Source: a virus
Lineage: Duplodnaviria; Heunggongvirae; Uroviricota; Caudoviricetes
DNA: 32,880 nucleotides
Strand: one strand, 5' to 3'
IMG/VR virus record: IMGVR_UViG_2548876695_000022
Span: 1 to 32,880 of that record
The notes beneath the pieces were generated by a model that did not search any database, had not been told where the DNA came from, and saw only the letters and a list, made by a program, of their open reading frames with translations. Made by a program: the position numbers and the translations under genes. The stretch's first letter is position 1. The number at the start of each line of letters is the position of its first letter. Below, piece after piece: positions 10,350 through 17,747 of this stretch.

Positions 10350-10900
10350 CCCTGACCCCGCATCAGCGTGCCCTGTTGCAGTTGCTGCCTGACGGGCTGG
10401 CATGGGATAAGCGGCCGTCATCCGTTCTTGCGGCTTTGTGCCTGGGCCTCAGTCATTCCACGGAGCGTGTTTCCTGGACCGGTAACCAGATGCTGGCAGA
10501 ACGTTTTCCTGATTCATCCCGTCTGCTGCTGGAAGACTGGGAGCGTTATCTGGGGTTACCGGAATGTGATATGACCGGCGCAACCATTCAGGAGCGTCAG
10601 CGTTATGCCGGGAATAAATACCGGATGAAACCCTCTCTTAACCGTGAATTTTATATCCGGTTTGCGGCAGAGTTTGGTTATGAAATAGATATTCAGCCAT
10701 CACCGGATTCACAGTGGGTCAGTATTGTCACGATTAACAGTGAAACCGGCTACCGGAATATGAATGTGCTGGATGATATTCTCACGCCGCTGCGTATTTA
10801 TGAAGGCGGTGCGCTGGAATGTATTCTGAACCGTTATAAGCCTGCATGGCAGACGTTTATTTACGTGTATGCAAACAGCCATGAAGAGGAGACTATTTAA
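10340..10900 (+). CDS. tail/baseplate protein (Mu gp48, P2 gpI-like)
   Basis: 186-aa ORF between the J-like gene and the tail fibre gene, as in the Mu and P2 baseplate operons. Confidence 0.6.
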   Translation: MAVTLTPHQRALLQLLPDGLAWDKRPSSVLAALCLGLSHSTERVSWTGNQMLAERFPDSSRLLLEDWERYLGLPECDMTGATIQERQRYAGNKYRMKPSLNREFYIRFAAEFGYEIDIQPSPDSQWVSIVTINSETGYRNMNVLDDILTPLRIYEGGALECILNRYKPAWQTFIYVYANSHEEETI

Positions 10901-11811
10901 TGTTTCATGTTGATAATAATTCCGGCGTGGCGAATATGCCTGCGCTGGCACCGGCGCAGAGTAATACCACCACCTGGTTTACCGAAGGTGACGGACAAAA
11001 AGGTATCAGCTGGATTGGTCAGGACTGGCTGAATATTCTCCAGGCCGAACTGCTGAATATTCTGGCTGAAGCCAGTATTCAGCCGGATAAGGCGCAGTTA
11101 AACCAGCTTACGCTGTCTATTAAAGCCATTATCGCTGCGAATGCTTTTTCCCGGAAAAATAACCTGAAAGAAATTGCTGATGCCGGTGCGGAGGCCCAGC
11201 GTCTGGCCCGTGGTTATCTTGGTCTGGGGACGCTTGCCACAAAAAACAGTCTTGGTCCCGGTGACGTTAATGCCCTGGCGAAGGATCAGAATCTCGCCGA
11301 CCTGGAGAATAAGGGAACCGCCCGTAATAATCTGGATGTTTACAGCAAGAGCGAAGGTGATAACCGTTACCTGCGCAGGGACCAGAATGGCGCAGACATT
11401 CCGGATAAAGGCGCTTTTATCGATAACGTCGGTTTACGGGAAACGGTAAATAAGGCTGCTGATGCCCTGCCATCGGGTGGAACCGCCGTGGCAGCAAACA
11501 GACTCGCCACCCCAAAAAATATTAATGGCGTTCCTTTTGACGGAACGCAGGATATCAACATCACGTCAGGAATGACGCAGTCAACCGCAGATGGCCGGTA
11601 TGTACAGAATGTTCAGCTTGGAGCACAGAGCTATCATTCACCCGGAGGCAATGAAATATCATGGAATTACAGCGCACCTTCCGGTTGTATGCTTTCCGGT
11701 ATTAACGTGCAGGAAACCGGCTCCCGGTCTGCGGACAATATCGGTGGGGTCTATTATCGCCCGGTTCAGATTTATATTAATAATGCCTGGAGAACGGTAA
11801 GTTCAGTGTAA
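10900..11811 (+). CDS. tail fibre protein S (constant N-terminal part joined to the variable C-terminus in the current orientation)
   Basis: 303-aa ORF; its last ~125 aa parallel an inverted cassette on the - strand (12447-12809), with a gix-like crossover site inside codon V177. Confidence 0.8.
   Translation: MFHVDNNSGVANMPALAPAQSNTTTWFTEGDGQKGISWIGQDWLNILQAELLNILAEASIQPDKAQLNQLTLSIKAIIAANAFSRKNNLKEIADAGAEAQRLARGYLGLGTLATKNSLGPGDVNALAKDQNLADLENKGTARNNLDVYSKSEGDNRYLRRDQNGADIPDKGAFIDNVGLRETVNKAADALPSGGTAVAANRLATPKNINGVPFDGTQDINITSGMTQSTADGRYVQNVQLGAQSYHSPGGNEISWNYSAPSGCMLSGINVQETGSRSADNIGGVYYRPVQIYINNAWRTVSSV
11417..11442. other. gix-like Gin recombination site (left boundary of invertible segment)
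   Basis: TTATCGATAACGTCGGTTTACGGGAA; its reverse complement TTCCCGTAAACC-GA-CGTTATCGATAA matches the gix/hix consensus half-site; the 13-bp core TCGGTTTACGGGA recurs inverted at 12793-12805. Confidence 0.6.
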
Positions 11812-11821
11812 ACCACAGAAA

Positions 11822-11840
11822 AGGGTGCTGAATGCACCCT
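11822..11840. terminator. bidirectional hairpin between convergent S and U' genes
   Basis: AGGGTGC-tgaat-GCACCCT 7-bp stem; a T-rich tract follows on the - strand (TTTTCTGTGG). Confidence 0.45.
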
Positions 11841-11845
11841 CTGAA

Positions 11846-12367
11846 TTATTCCGGTTTTTCCGGCCAGGGAATCGCCTGGTAATGCCCCTCACTGGCAATA
11901 TCATTAAAGTGCATTTCTTTAAGCTGTCGGATATACGCCATCCAGCGCGTCAGCTGTAATTTATTTTCATCGCTAATCATGTCCAGTTTTAATTCTGTTT
12001 TCCAGTCATCCACGGTTTCGTTGGCTTCCTGGAGCAGCGATGAGCGACGCTTTTCAGCAACCGTCTTCCAGTTTACCGGCACCTTTGATATCAGGCCATC
12101 AGAAAACTGCCAGTTACCGTCAATATTCACACCTTCCGGCAGTTCGTCCACTTCAACAACAGTAAAACCTGCCGGATATAAAGCAGAGACATCTTCAGCA
12201 ACAGAGCAGATAATACCCGTTACAGGCGAAATACAGAGTTTGTATTTCTTTGTGAAAAGCGGGATAGATTCATAAAAATCCCTTCCGTCCTCACTCTGGA
12301 AATACTGAACATCCTCACCATAGGGTTTGTGTTCCGGGTAATATCGTTTTACGTTAATAAGCTCCAT
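11846..12367 (-). CDS. tail fibre assembly chaperone (Mu U-like; U' of the inverted set)
   Basis: Start placed at the internal Met (MELINVKRYYPEHKPYGED...) with an AAGGTG RBS; C-terminal ISDENKLQLTRWMAYIRQL pattern typical of Mu U/Tfa proteins; the ORF track extends to 12478. Confidence 0.8.
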   Translation of the reverse strand: MELINVKRYYPEHKPYGEDVQYFQSEDGRDFYESIPLFTKKYKLCISPVTGIICSVAEDVSALYPAGFTVVEVDELPEGVNIDGNWQFSDGLISKVPVNWKTVAEKRRSSLLQEANETVDDWKTELKLDMISDENKLQLTRWMAYIRQLKEMHFNDIASEGHYQAIPWPEKPE

Positions 12368-12446
12368 TATTTCACCTTGTTTTTGTTGAAAAGACAAAAT
12401 CATCATATATTTATTCAGATAATCTGTTTTTTGAACTACTGCACTT

Positions 12447-12809
12447 TTATGCGCTGGAAGCTGTTTTCCACGAACCATCTATCAGAAACTGAACAGGTCG
12501 ATAATATGCGGTTACCGTTGCATTACCATCACCAGCGACATCAAGCCCTGTAAGTACGCATCCGTCAGGAACCTCAAAAATATTATATTGCATTCCAATC
12601 GTTGACCTTGAACCTCTTCGAATGCTTTGAACATAACGTGAGTCAGCCACAGACTGCGTCATCCCCGATGTAATATTTATATCCTGCGTTCCGTCAAATG
12701 GGACACCATTAATATTTCTTGGAGTGGCGAGTTTATTCGCTGCAACAGCCGCTCCGTTCGATGGCAGGGCATTCGCGGCCCTGTTTACAGTATCCCGTAA
12801 ACCGAGGTT
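12447..12809 (-). CDS. promoterless alternative tail-fibre C-terminal cassette (S'v)
   Basis: The - strand frame is open from the gix-like site (stop at 12810-12812) and encodes NLGLRDTVNRAANALP...[22 protein letters not shown]...YYRPVQFLIDGSWKTASSA, paralleling the C-terminus of S; it has no start codon of its own at the 5' end. Confidence 0.7.
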   Translation of the reverse strand, partial: NLGLRDTVNRAANALPSNGAAVAANKLATPRNINGVPFDGTQDINITSGMTQSVADSRYVQSIRRGSRSTIGMQYNIFEVPDGCVLTGLDVAGDGNATVTAYYRPVQFLIDGSWKTASSA

Positions 12810-12817
12810 TCAGGGAT
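12792..12817. other. gix-like Gin recombination site (right boundary)
   Basis: ATCCCGTAAACC-GA-GGTTTCAGGGAT: near-perfect dyad around a central GA; core GTAAACCGAGGTTT matches the gix/hix consensus. Confidence 0.65.
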
Positions 12818-12871
12818 GCCGTATATCTGTTTTAAAAGGCATTTTCACCTCTTTTTAAGGAAGGTAAATAC

Positions 12872-13432
12872 ATGCTGATTGGCTATATACGCGTATCAAC
12901 AAATGACCAGAACACAGGTTTACAAAGAAATGCGCTGGAATGTGCAGGATGTGAGCAGATTTTTGAAGATAAAATGAGTGGTAAAACGACACAGCGGCCG
13001 GGACTGAAGCGGGCACTGAAGAAACTAAAACCCGGTGACACACTGATGGTCTGGAAACTGGACAGGCTGGGGCGCAGTATGCGCCACCTTGTTGCGCTGA
13101 CAGATGAATTACAGCAACAGGGGATAAATTTTCGTAGTCTTACTGACAACATTGATACGTCAACCCCCATGGGGCGCTTCTTTTTTCACATAATGGGTGC
13201 GCTGGCAGAAATGGAGCGTGAATTAATTGTCGAACGGACACGGGCTGGTCTTGCAGCTGCCCGTGAAAGGGGACGAACCGGCGGCAGACCCCGTCGTCTC
13301 ACGCAGGAACAATACGAGCAGGTCGGGCGTTTACTGGCCGGGGGTGTCAGTCGAAGACAGGTGGCACTTATTTTTGATATCGGCCTTTCAACCCTTTATC
13401 GTTATTATCCTGCGAGCGTTTCGGAAAAATAA
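12872..13432 (+). CDS. gin: serine DNA invertase (Gin/Hin/Pin/Cin family)
   Basis: 186-aa protein MLIGYIRVSTNDQNTGLQRNALECAGCEQIFEDK...RLGRSMRHL...GRPRRLTQEQYEQ, near-identical in pattern to Mu Gin including the catalytic Ser region and C-terminal HTH; AAGGAAGG RBS. Confidence 0.9.
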   Translation: MLIGYIRVSTNDQNTGLQRNALECAGCEQIFEDKMSGKTTQRPGLKRALKKLKPGDTLMVWKLDRLGRSMRHLVALTDELQQQGINFRSLTDNIDTSTPMGRFFFHIMGALAEMERELIVERTRAGLAAARERGRTGGRPRRLTQEQYEQVGRLLAGGVSRRQVALIFDIGLSTLYRYYPASVSEK

Positions 13433-13522
13433 GACGCTCCCTTTGTTGGGCCTTTACTGAATTAACGCAAAATGGCGTTTATCGGTCTGTGGATATGATA
13501 ATTCTGTTTATTCAGGAACAGG

Positions 13523-15580
13523 ATGAATATTATGACGTCCAAATGGGTTCAACTATCATCAATGCCCGGAAACTTTACCGTTAAAGTTTCCGGTGGTACA
13601 GCGGCATTTCTTGAGGCTCCCTTTCCTCCTGCTGAAACGAAAGGAGGAATGACATTTGCTGACTGTCTCATCAGTTTTAATACACAGGATTGCCTGTGGG
13701 TAAGGCCAGTATCCGGTGATCCGAACGTGGAAATTACCGGAGCGGGTATTGGTGCTGTCATTCCGTTAAGTGCTGATGTTGCCGGTACTGCTGAACCGTC
13801 AGACTGGGATAATGCAGAAACACATACCCGTCCGGCAGGAAATGAAACGGCTTCCAGCTCCCCTTCCTGGTATTACGTGATTGTTATAGCCGGCCAGTCC
13901 AATGCTTCATCTTATGGTGAAGGGTTGCCCCTTCCGGATTCTTATGATCGTCCTGATCCACGTATTATGCAGCTGGCACGCAGGAATACACAAACCCCCG
14001 GAGGTATTCCCTGCAAATACAATGAAATCATTCCAGCAGATCACTGCCTTCATGATGTTCAGAATATGAGTCTGCTGAACCATCCAAAAGCAGACCTGAA
14101 AAAAGGGCAGTATGGTTGTGTGGGGCAGGGACTTCATATTGCGAAAAAAGTATTACCGGTGATTCCTGCTGATGCCGGGATTTTACTGGTTCCCTGTGCC
14201 CGTGGCGGCTCTGCTTTTACAACCGGCGCAGTTGGCTCATTCGATCCGGCAAGTGGTGCAGCCGAGGCGTCACTACGCTGGGGAGTGGATACCCCACTGT
14301 ATCAGGATCTTGTCAGTCGAACTAAAGCGGCACTTGAGGCGAATCCAAAGAATGTGCTGTTATCTGTCGTATGGATTCAGGGGGAAGGAGACCTTAAAGC
14401 GACCCCGGCCCAGCATGGTGCCCAGTTTACTGCGATGGTGAAAAAATTCCGTGCGGATCTTGGTGCTTTCTCCGGTCAGTGTATTGGTGGTTCATCAGAC
14501 AGTGTGCCGTGGTTATGTGGTGACACAACCTATGACTGGAAAGAGAAGAACCCGGCGGCATATGAAACCATTTATAGCGGATATAAAAACCGGGCTTCCG
14601 AGAACATTCACTTTGTTCCACTGATGCACGATGAGTTCGGTAATAAAACCGCGACCAACCTGCCGGAGCACGACCCGGATATCGCTTCTGCCGGGTATTA
14701 TGGTGCGGAATCACGGGGAGATGGCAACTGGACAACAGCATCCAGGGCAACCCATTTTAGCTCCTGGGCGCGCCGTTTTCTGGTCTCAGATCGTTTTGCA
14801 TCAGCAATTCTTAAATATGCAGGTCTGACCTCTGCATTTATTGCCGGTGTGGCCCCTGATGGTGAAGCCCTGCCTCAGCCCGCGCCGGGTGGGAAACCGG
14901 AAGCGCCGACAGGTAGTCAGCCAGGAGGCAGTGAGTCCCCCCATCCGACATCCCCGTCACTCCGTACGCTGCTTTCACTTAAAGCATCAGCAGGAGAAGC
15001 CCCGGCTCAGGGCTGGAAAATTACAGATGGTACAATCCAGCTGACGGACGAAGGTAAAGCGTTGACCGTATCCAAACAAAGCGGAAAAACCTGGACGCTT
15101 ACCCATGGAACTGATGCAGCCGGTGAACTTCTGAAGCATGGTGGTCAGTTGACCTGTAAATTCCGTCTGTCAGGTGAAGTAAAAGAAGGCCAGTTTGCTC
15201 TGGGTATTTACCTCCACACCGATACGGTCCCGGAAGGTGTAACCATGAGTGGTACAGGCACACCGTTCCTGATGGCGTATTATCTCCAGACAACAGGCGG
15301 CCAGTTAAATCTGATGCACCATAAAACAGGGGGGAATACGAAACTGGGATCATTTGGAGCCTACAATAACCAGTGGCATACACTTGTCCTGAAGTTTACG
15401 GCGGGAAGTGCCCAGGTAACGCCTGTGCTGGATGGCACTCCGGGCCAGGCATTCCAGATGGTGAAAGATGCACTTTCCCCTGCCAAAGATACGCTGACAC
15501 TGACAGATGTCACCAAAGGGGCAACTTATGGCGTGTCTTTTGAGAGCGTTGTCCTTGAGGTTAATACCCCTGCGGCATAA
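13523..15580 (+). CDS. SASA/SGNH-family carbohydrate O-acetylesterase with C-terminal lectin-like domain (prophage cargo, NanS-p-like)
   Basis: 685 aa; motifs VIVIAGQSNASSYGEG and VVWIQGEGD typical of sialate O-acetylesterase (SASA) domains; Pro/Gly-rich linker then a beta-rich C-terminal domain; no signal peptide. Confidence 0.55.
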   Translation: MNIMTSKWVQLSSMPGNFTVKVSGGTAAFLEAPFPPAETKGGMTFADCLISFNTQDCLWVRPVSGDPNVEITGAGIGAVIPLSADVAGTAEPSDWDNAETHTRPAGNETASSSPSWYYVIVIAGQSNASSYGEGLPLPDSYDRPDPRIMQLARRNTQTPGGIPCKYNEIIPADHCLHDVQNMSLLNHPKADLKKGQYGCVGQGLHIAKKVLPVIPADAGILLVPCARGGSAFTTGAVGSFDPASGAAEASLRWGVDTPLYQDLVSRTKAALEANPKNVLLSVVWIQGEGDLKATPAQHGAQFTAMVKKFRADLGAFSGQCIGGSSDSVPWLCGDTTYDWKEKNPAAYETIYSGYKNRASENIHFVPLMHDEFGNKTATNLPEHDPDIASAGYYGAESRGDGNWTTASRATHFSSWARRFLVSDRFASAILKYAGLTSAFIAGVAPDGEALPQPAPGGKPEAPTGSQPGGSESPHPTSPSLRTLLSLKASAGEAPAQGWKITDGTIQLTDEGKALTVSKQSGKTWTLTHGTDAAGELLKHGGQLTCKFRLSGEVKEGQFALGIYLHTDTVPEGVTMSGTGTPFLMAYYLQTTGGQLNLMHHKTGGNTKLGSFGAYNNQWHTLVLKFTAGSAQVTPVLDGTPGQAFQMVKDALSPAKDTLTLTDVTKGATYGVSFESVVLEVNTPAA

Positions 15581-15637
15581 TCGTGACGGCCGGGAATTTA
15601 TCCGGCTGTAACATCAGTTAATAAGAGTGAGGCTTAT

Positions 15638-15817
15638 ATGACATATATAAACGTCTGCCTGCTGTATTTCTGCACGGTGGTTTGTTGTCTGTTGCTTGTC
15701 AGCGGTGGTTATAAAATTATTCGCAATTATTTTCGAAATAAAATTGATGCAGCTGCCGAGGAAAAGATAAAAAGCGGTGCTGTAATGCCGCAGCCGAAAG
15801 ACTCCGGTCAGATTTAA
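15638..15817 (+). CDS. 59-aa small membrane protein (hypothetical)
   Basis: ATG preceded by a GAGTGAGG RBS; MTYINVCLLYFCTVVCCLLLVSGGYKIIRNYFRNK... has one hydrophobic helix then a basic/charged tail; below the ORF-track size cutoff. Confidence 0.35.
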   Translation: MTYINVCLLYFCTVVCCLLLVSGGYKIIRNYFRNKIDAAAEEKIKSGAVMPQPKDSGQI

Positions 15818-15852
15818 TTTTTTGTGAACCAGAAAAGGAAAGGAGAATATTC

Positions 15853-16098
15853 ATGCCAGAGATTAAAGGCACGGTTACTGAAGAGCTTGTCAAACAGGCA
15901 CTTTATTCTGAAGAAGTGAACCGCGTGCTGAAGGCGCAGGTTCGCAAGGATTTTGAGGCACAAATCGACGCATATGTTGATGAAGTGCTGGCCCGAATGG
16001 TTGGTCGTTCTCCGGCTGAAAACAGCACGGAAAATGAGCCTCAACCCGTAGAGCAACCAGAGCCGGTTCAGCCCGGAACTGACGGTACTATGATGTAA
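15853..16098 (+). CDS. 81-aa acidic hypothetical protein
   Basis: Strong RBS AAAGGAAAGGAG before the ATG; helical N-terminal half and a Pro/Glu-rich C-terminus. Confidence 0.45.
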   Translation: MPEIKGTVTEELVKQALYSEEVNRVLKAQVRKDFEAQIDAYVDEVLARMVGRSPAENSTENEPQPVEQPEPVQPGTDGTMM

Positions 16099-16107
16099 CA
16101 ATACCGA

Positions 16108-16127
16108 CCGGCAGGTTTCCCTGCCGG
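16108..16127. terminator. bidirectional hairpin between the convergent 81-aa and zinc-ribbon genes
   Basis: Perfect 8-bp stem CCGGCAGG-tttc-CCTGCCGG with T-rich flanks on both strands. Confidence 0.5.
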
Positions 16128-16136
16128 GTGAATTTG

Positions 16137-16307
16137 TTAATGCACGTTTTGTGTATTTTCCCTCCGGGGAGAACAGGCAGGACATATCAGCATCCTGAAA
16201 CAGGAAGCATTTTTTGGTTTGTATGTCTTGCCATTTTGAGATCGAGAACGGCGATAGATGAGCTGTAAGGGAGTCTTACAGGCAGGGCAAACAGGCTCTT
16301 TATCCAT
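16137..16307 (-). CDS. 56-aa zinc-ribbon protein (CPAC...CPAC), function unknown
   Basis: Start at the internal ATG with an AAGGAG RBS 9 nt upstream; MDKEPVCPACKTPLQLIYRRSRSQNGKTYKPKNASCFRMLICPACSPRREN has two CxxC pairs; the ORF track lists 16137..16331. Confidence 0.45.
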   Translation of the reverse strand: MDKEPVCPACKTPLQLIYRRSRSQNGKTYKPKNASCFRMLICPACSPRRENTQNVH

Positions 16308-16415
16308 GATAAAGATCTCCTTTTTATGCATCTCTGCTTTACAGGAGACCGGGGAATATCATAGGATACGCCACGAGCTCGAAGTAAAGCATTGATGCAA
16401 GTTTTTACAGATTGA

Positions 16416-16454
16416 CCCAGCATAGTTCCAGCTATGCTGGGTTTCACTTTTATG
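16416..16454 (+). terminator. rho-independent terminator-like hairpin (+ strand)
   Basis: Perfect 10-bp stem CCCAGCATAG-ttccag-CTATGCTGGG followed by TTTCACTTTTATG; the exact window centre falls in this element. Confidence 0.45.
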
Positions 16455-16713
16455 TAGTATCCTGTTGATTTGAAACATACTACATATACGCGCGATCCTA
16501 CCTTCACTGTATAAAAAGTCAATAAAATGATCATTTTATGATCGTTTTCACCACCTAACTCTTCGTTTCTTTAAGTAAATAATCACCGCCCTGAATCATT
16601 GTTGATGACTTTTAAATCTATTTGTTGTATCAATTAAACAAATCGAATCGATCGTTTTTGTCGATCGATTGCATGAGAAAGGCATCAACAACAAAGCAGG
16701 AGGTTATGCGGCC
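16451..16713 (+). promoter_or_regulatory. com-mom upstream control region (palindromes, GATC cluster, RBS)
   Basis: 10-bp inverted repeat TATGTAGTAT/ATACTACATA (16451-16460 and 16477-16486) with 16-bp spacer; five GATC sites at 16494, 16529, 16540, 16650 and 16663; dyad AATCGATCG-tttttgt-CGATCGATT at 16646-16670; AGGAGG 11 nt before the com ATG. Confidence 0.5.
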
Positions 16714-16914
16714 ATGTATCGAAACATACGGTGCCGACACTGCAATAAGCTACTGGCACGGGCCAGTTTCAGTTATCTGGAAGTAAAATGTCCGCGCTGT
16801 AAAACCCTCAATCAAATCACATCTCCGAGCGCCACAGAGCACCCCACATACACAAGGAAATCCTGTCGTGGGGAACAGAAAGCAAGTCACATCCCGTATC
16901 ATCAGCACGCCTGA
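16714..16914 (+). CDS. com: Com zinc-finger translational activator of mom
   Basis: [35 protein letters not shown] matches the Mu Com zinc-finger pattern (IRCKNCNKLL...CPRCK); the 3' end overlaps the downstream gene as in Mu. Confidence 0.8.
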   Translation: MYRNIRCRHCNKLLARASFSYLEVKCPRCKTLNQITSPSATEHPTYTRKSCRGEQKASHIPYHQHA

Positions 16915-17605
16915 ACTTATTCGCTATAACGACAATATCGTTGGTTATGGCTCCCGTGAGTTGCGGGTTGAGACAATAAGTTGCTGGCTGGCCAGACTGG
17001 TTATCGTCAATAAACATTACAGCCACCGTTTCGTAAATAATTCCTACCTTCATCTGGGTATATTTTCAGAACGGGAACTTGTTGGCGTAATGCAATGGGG
17101 TTACGCCCTTAACCCAAACAGTGGTGCACGCGTCGTAACGGGTACGCAGAACCGAGAATATATGGAGCTTAACCGGCTATGGATGCATGACTGTATGCCG
17201 AGAAACTCCGAATCAAGGGCAATCAGTTACGCGCTCAAGCTAATCAGGCAGCTTTATCCGCAGGTACAGTGGGTTCAGTCGTTTGCAGATGAGCGTTGTG
17301 GCTGTCTTGGTGTCGTGTATCAGGCCAGCAATTTTGATTATGTAGGCAGCCATGAATCAACATTCTATGAACTTGATGGCGAGTGGTATCACGAGATTTG
17401 CAGGAGTGCCATTAAACGAGGCGGACAACGAGGTGAACATCTGAGGGCTAATATCGACAGAGCCAGTGTGCATAAGTTCCGACAGTTTCGTTACATCCGG
17501 TTTCTGAACAAGAGGGCCAGAAAACGCCTCAACACAAAGCTATTCAAAGTCCACCCTTACCCAAAACCACAAACAGTTAAAACTGGTTTGAAAGAGAGTG
17601 AATGA
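16868..17605 (+). CDS. mom: Mom DNA-modification (anti-restriction) protein
   Basis: 245-aa ORF with GTG start overlapping com, in the Mu position after gin; the com-mom pairing is diagnostic. Confidence 0.75.
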   Translation: MGNRKQVTSRIISTPELIRYNDNIVGYGSRELRVETISCWLARLVIVNKHYSHRFVNNSYLHLGIFSERELVGVMQWGYALNPNSGARVVTGTQNREYMELNRLWMHDCMPRNSESRAISYALKLIRQLYPQVQWVQSFADERCGCLGVVYQASNFDYVGSHESTFYELDGEWYHEICRSAIKRGGQRGEHLRANIDRASVHKFRQFRYIRFLNKRARKRLNTKLFKVHPYPKPQTVKTGLKESE

Positions 17606-17644
17606 GCGCTTAAAAACTCATTCTAAAACTCAAAAGAAAAGCGC

Positions 17645-17725
17645 CGATTTAGTATCAAATAAGTTGCGTATCGGCGTTTTTCAGCGGTATCAAATGAAAT
17701 GCAAATCGGTATCAAAAAAATCGCC
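17645..17725. repeat. three direct repeats (G)GTATCAAA in the mom-distal intergenic region
   Basis: Copies start at 17652, 17686 and 17708, plus GTATCGG at 17668; candidate transposase end-binding sites of the Mu-like element or an operator for the downstream operon. Confidence 0.4.
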
Positions 17726-17747
17726 GCGCTATAAACAGCTAAAGCAG

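Larger units (their letters stand above)
11430..12804. mobile_element. Gin-invertible tail-fibre segment (G-segment-like, ~1.37 kb)
   Basis: Flanked by inverted gix-like sites; carries the variable end of S (+), an inverted tail-fibre assembly gene and an inverted promoterless alternative fibre C-terminus; gin lies immediately to the right. Confidence 0.7.
1..17747 (+). mobile_element. Mu-like transposable prophage, right (tail/gin/com-mom) arm; left boundary lies outside the window and the right boundary is approximate
   Basis: Mu-type gene order sheath-tube-chaperone-tape measure-N-P-gp45-gp48-S, then invertible segment, gin, com and mom; the boundary is placed after mom in a repeat-containing 140-bp stretch. 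Confidence 0.7.

Noticed and set aside
10900-12817. Possible diversity-generating retroelement acting on the tail fibre
   Set aside because: Two alternative fibre C-termini exist, but they are explained by the gix-flanked inversion and the adjacent invertase; no reverse transcriptase or template repeat is present
13523-15580. 685-aa esterase as a tail spike or side fibre of the Mu-like virion
   Set aside because: The N-terminus shows no similarity to the fibre N-terminus and the gene follows gin rather than the tail operon; kept as cargo esterase, with virion association left open
16669-16713. Upstream TTG start for com (ORF track start)
   Set aside because: The internal ATG at 16714 is preceded by AGGAGG and gives a Com-sized product beginning just before the zinc-finger; the extension is unlikely to be translated
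17606-17747. Exact Mu attR end with canonical terminal sequence
   Set aside because: Direct repeats are present but I could not match the Mu terminal sequence, so only a candidate end is reported, not a precise boundary
17598-17747. GTG start at 17598 for the tail-completion-like gene
   Set aside because: It would overlap the mom stop and place the direct-repeat array inside the coding region; a downstream ATG is more plausible, though the start remains uncertain
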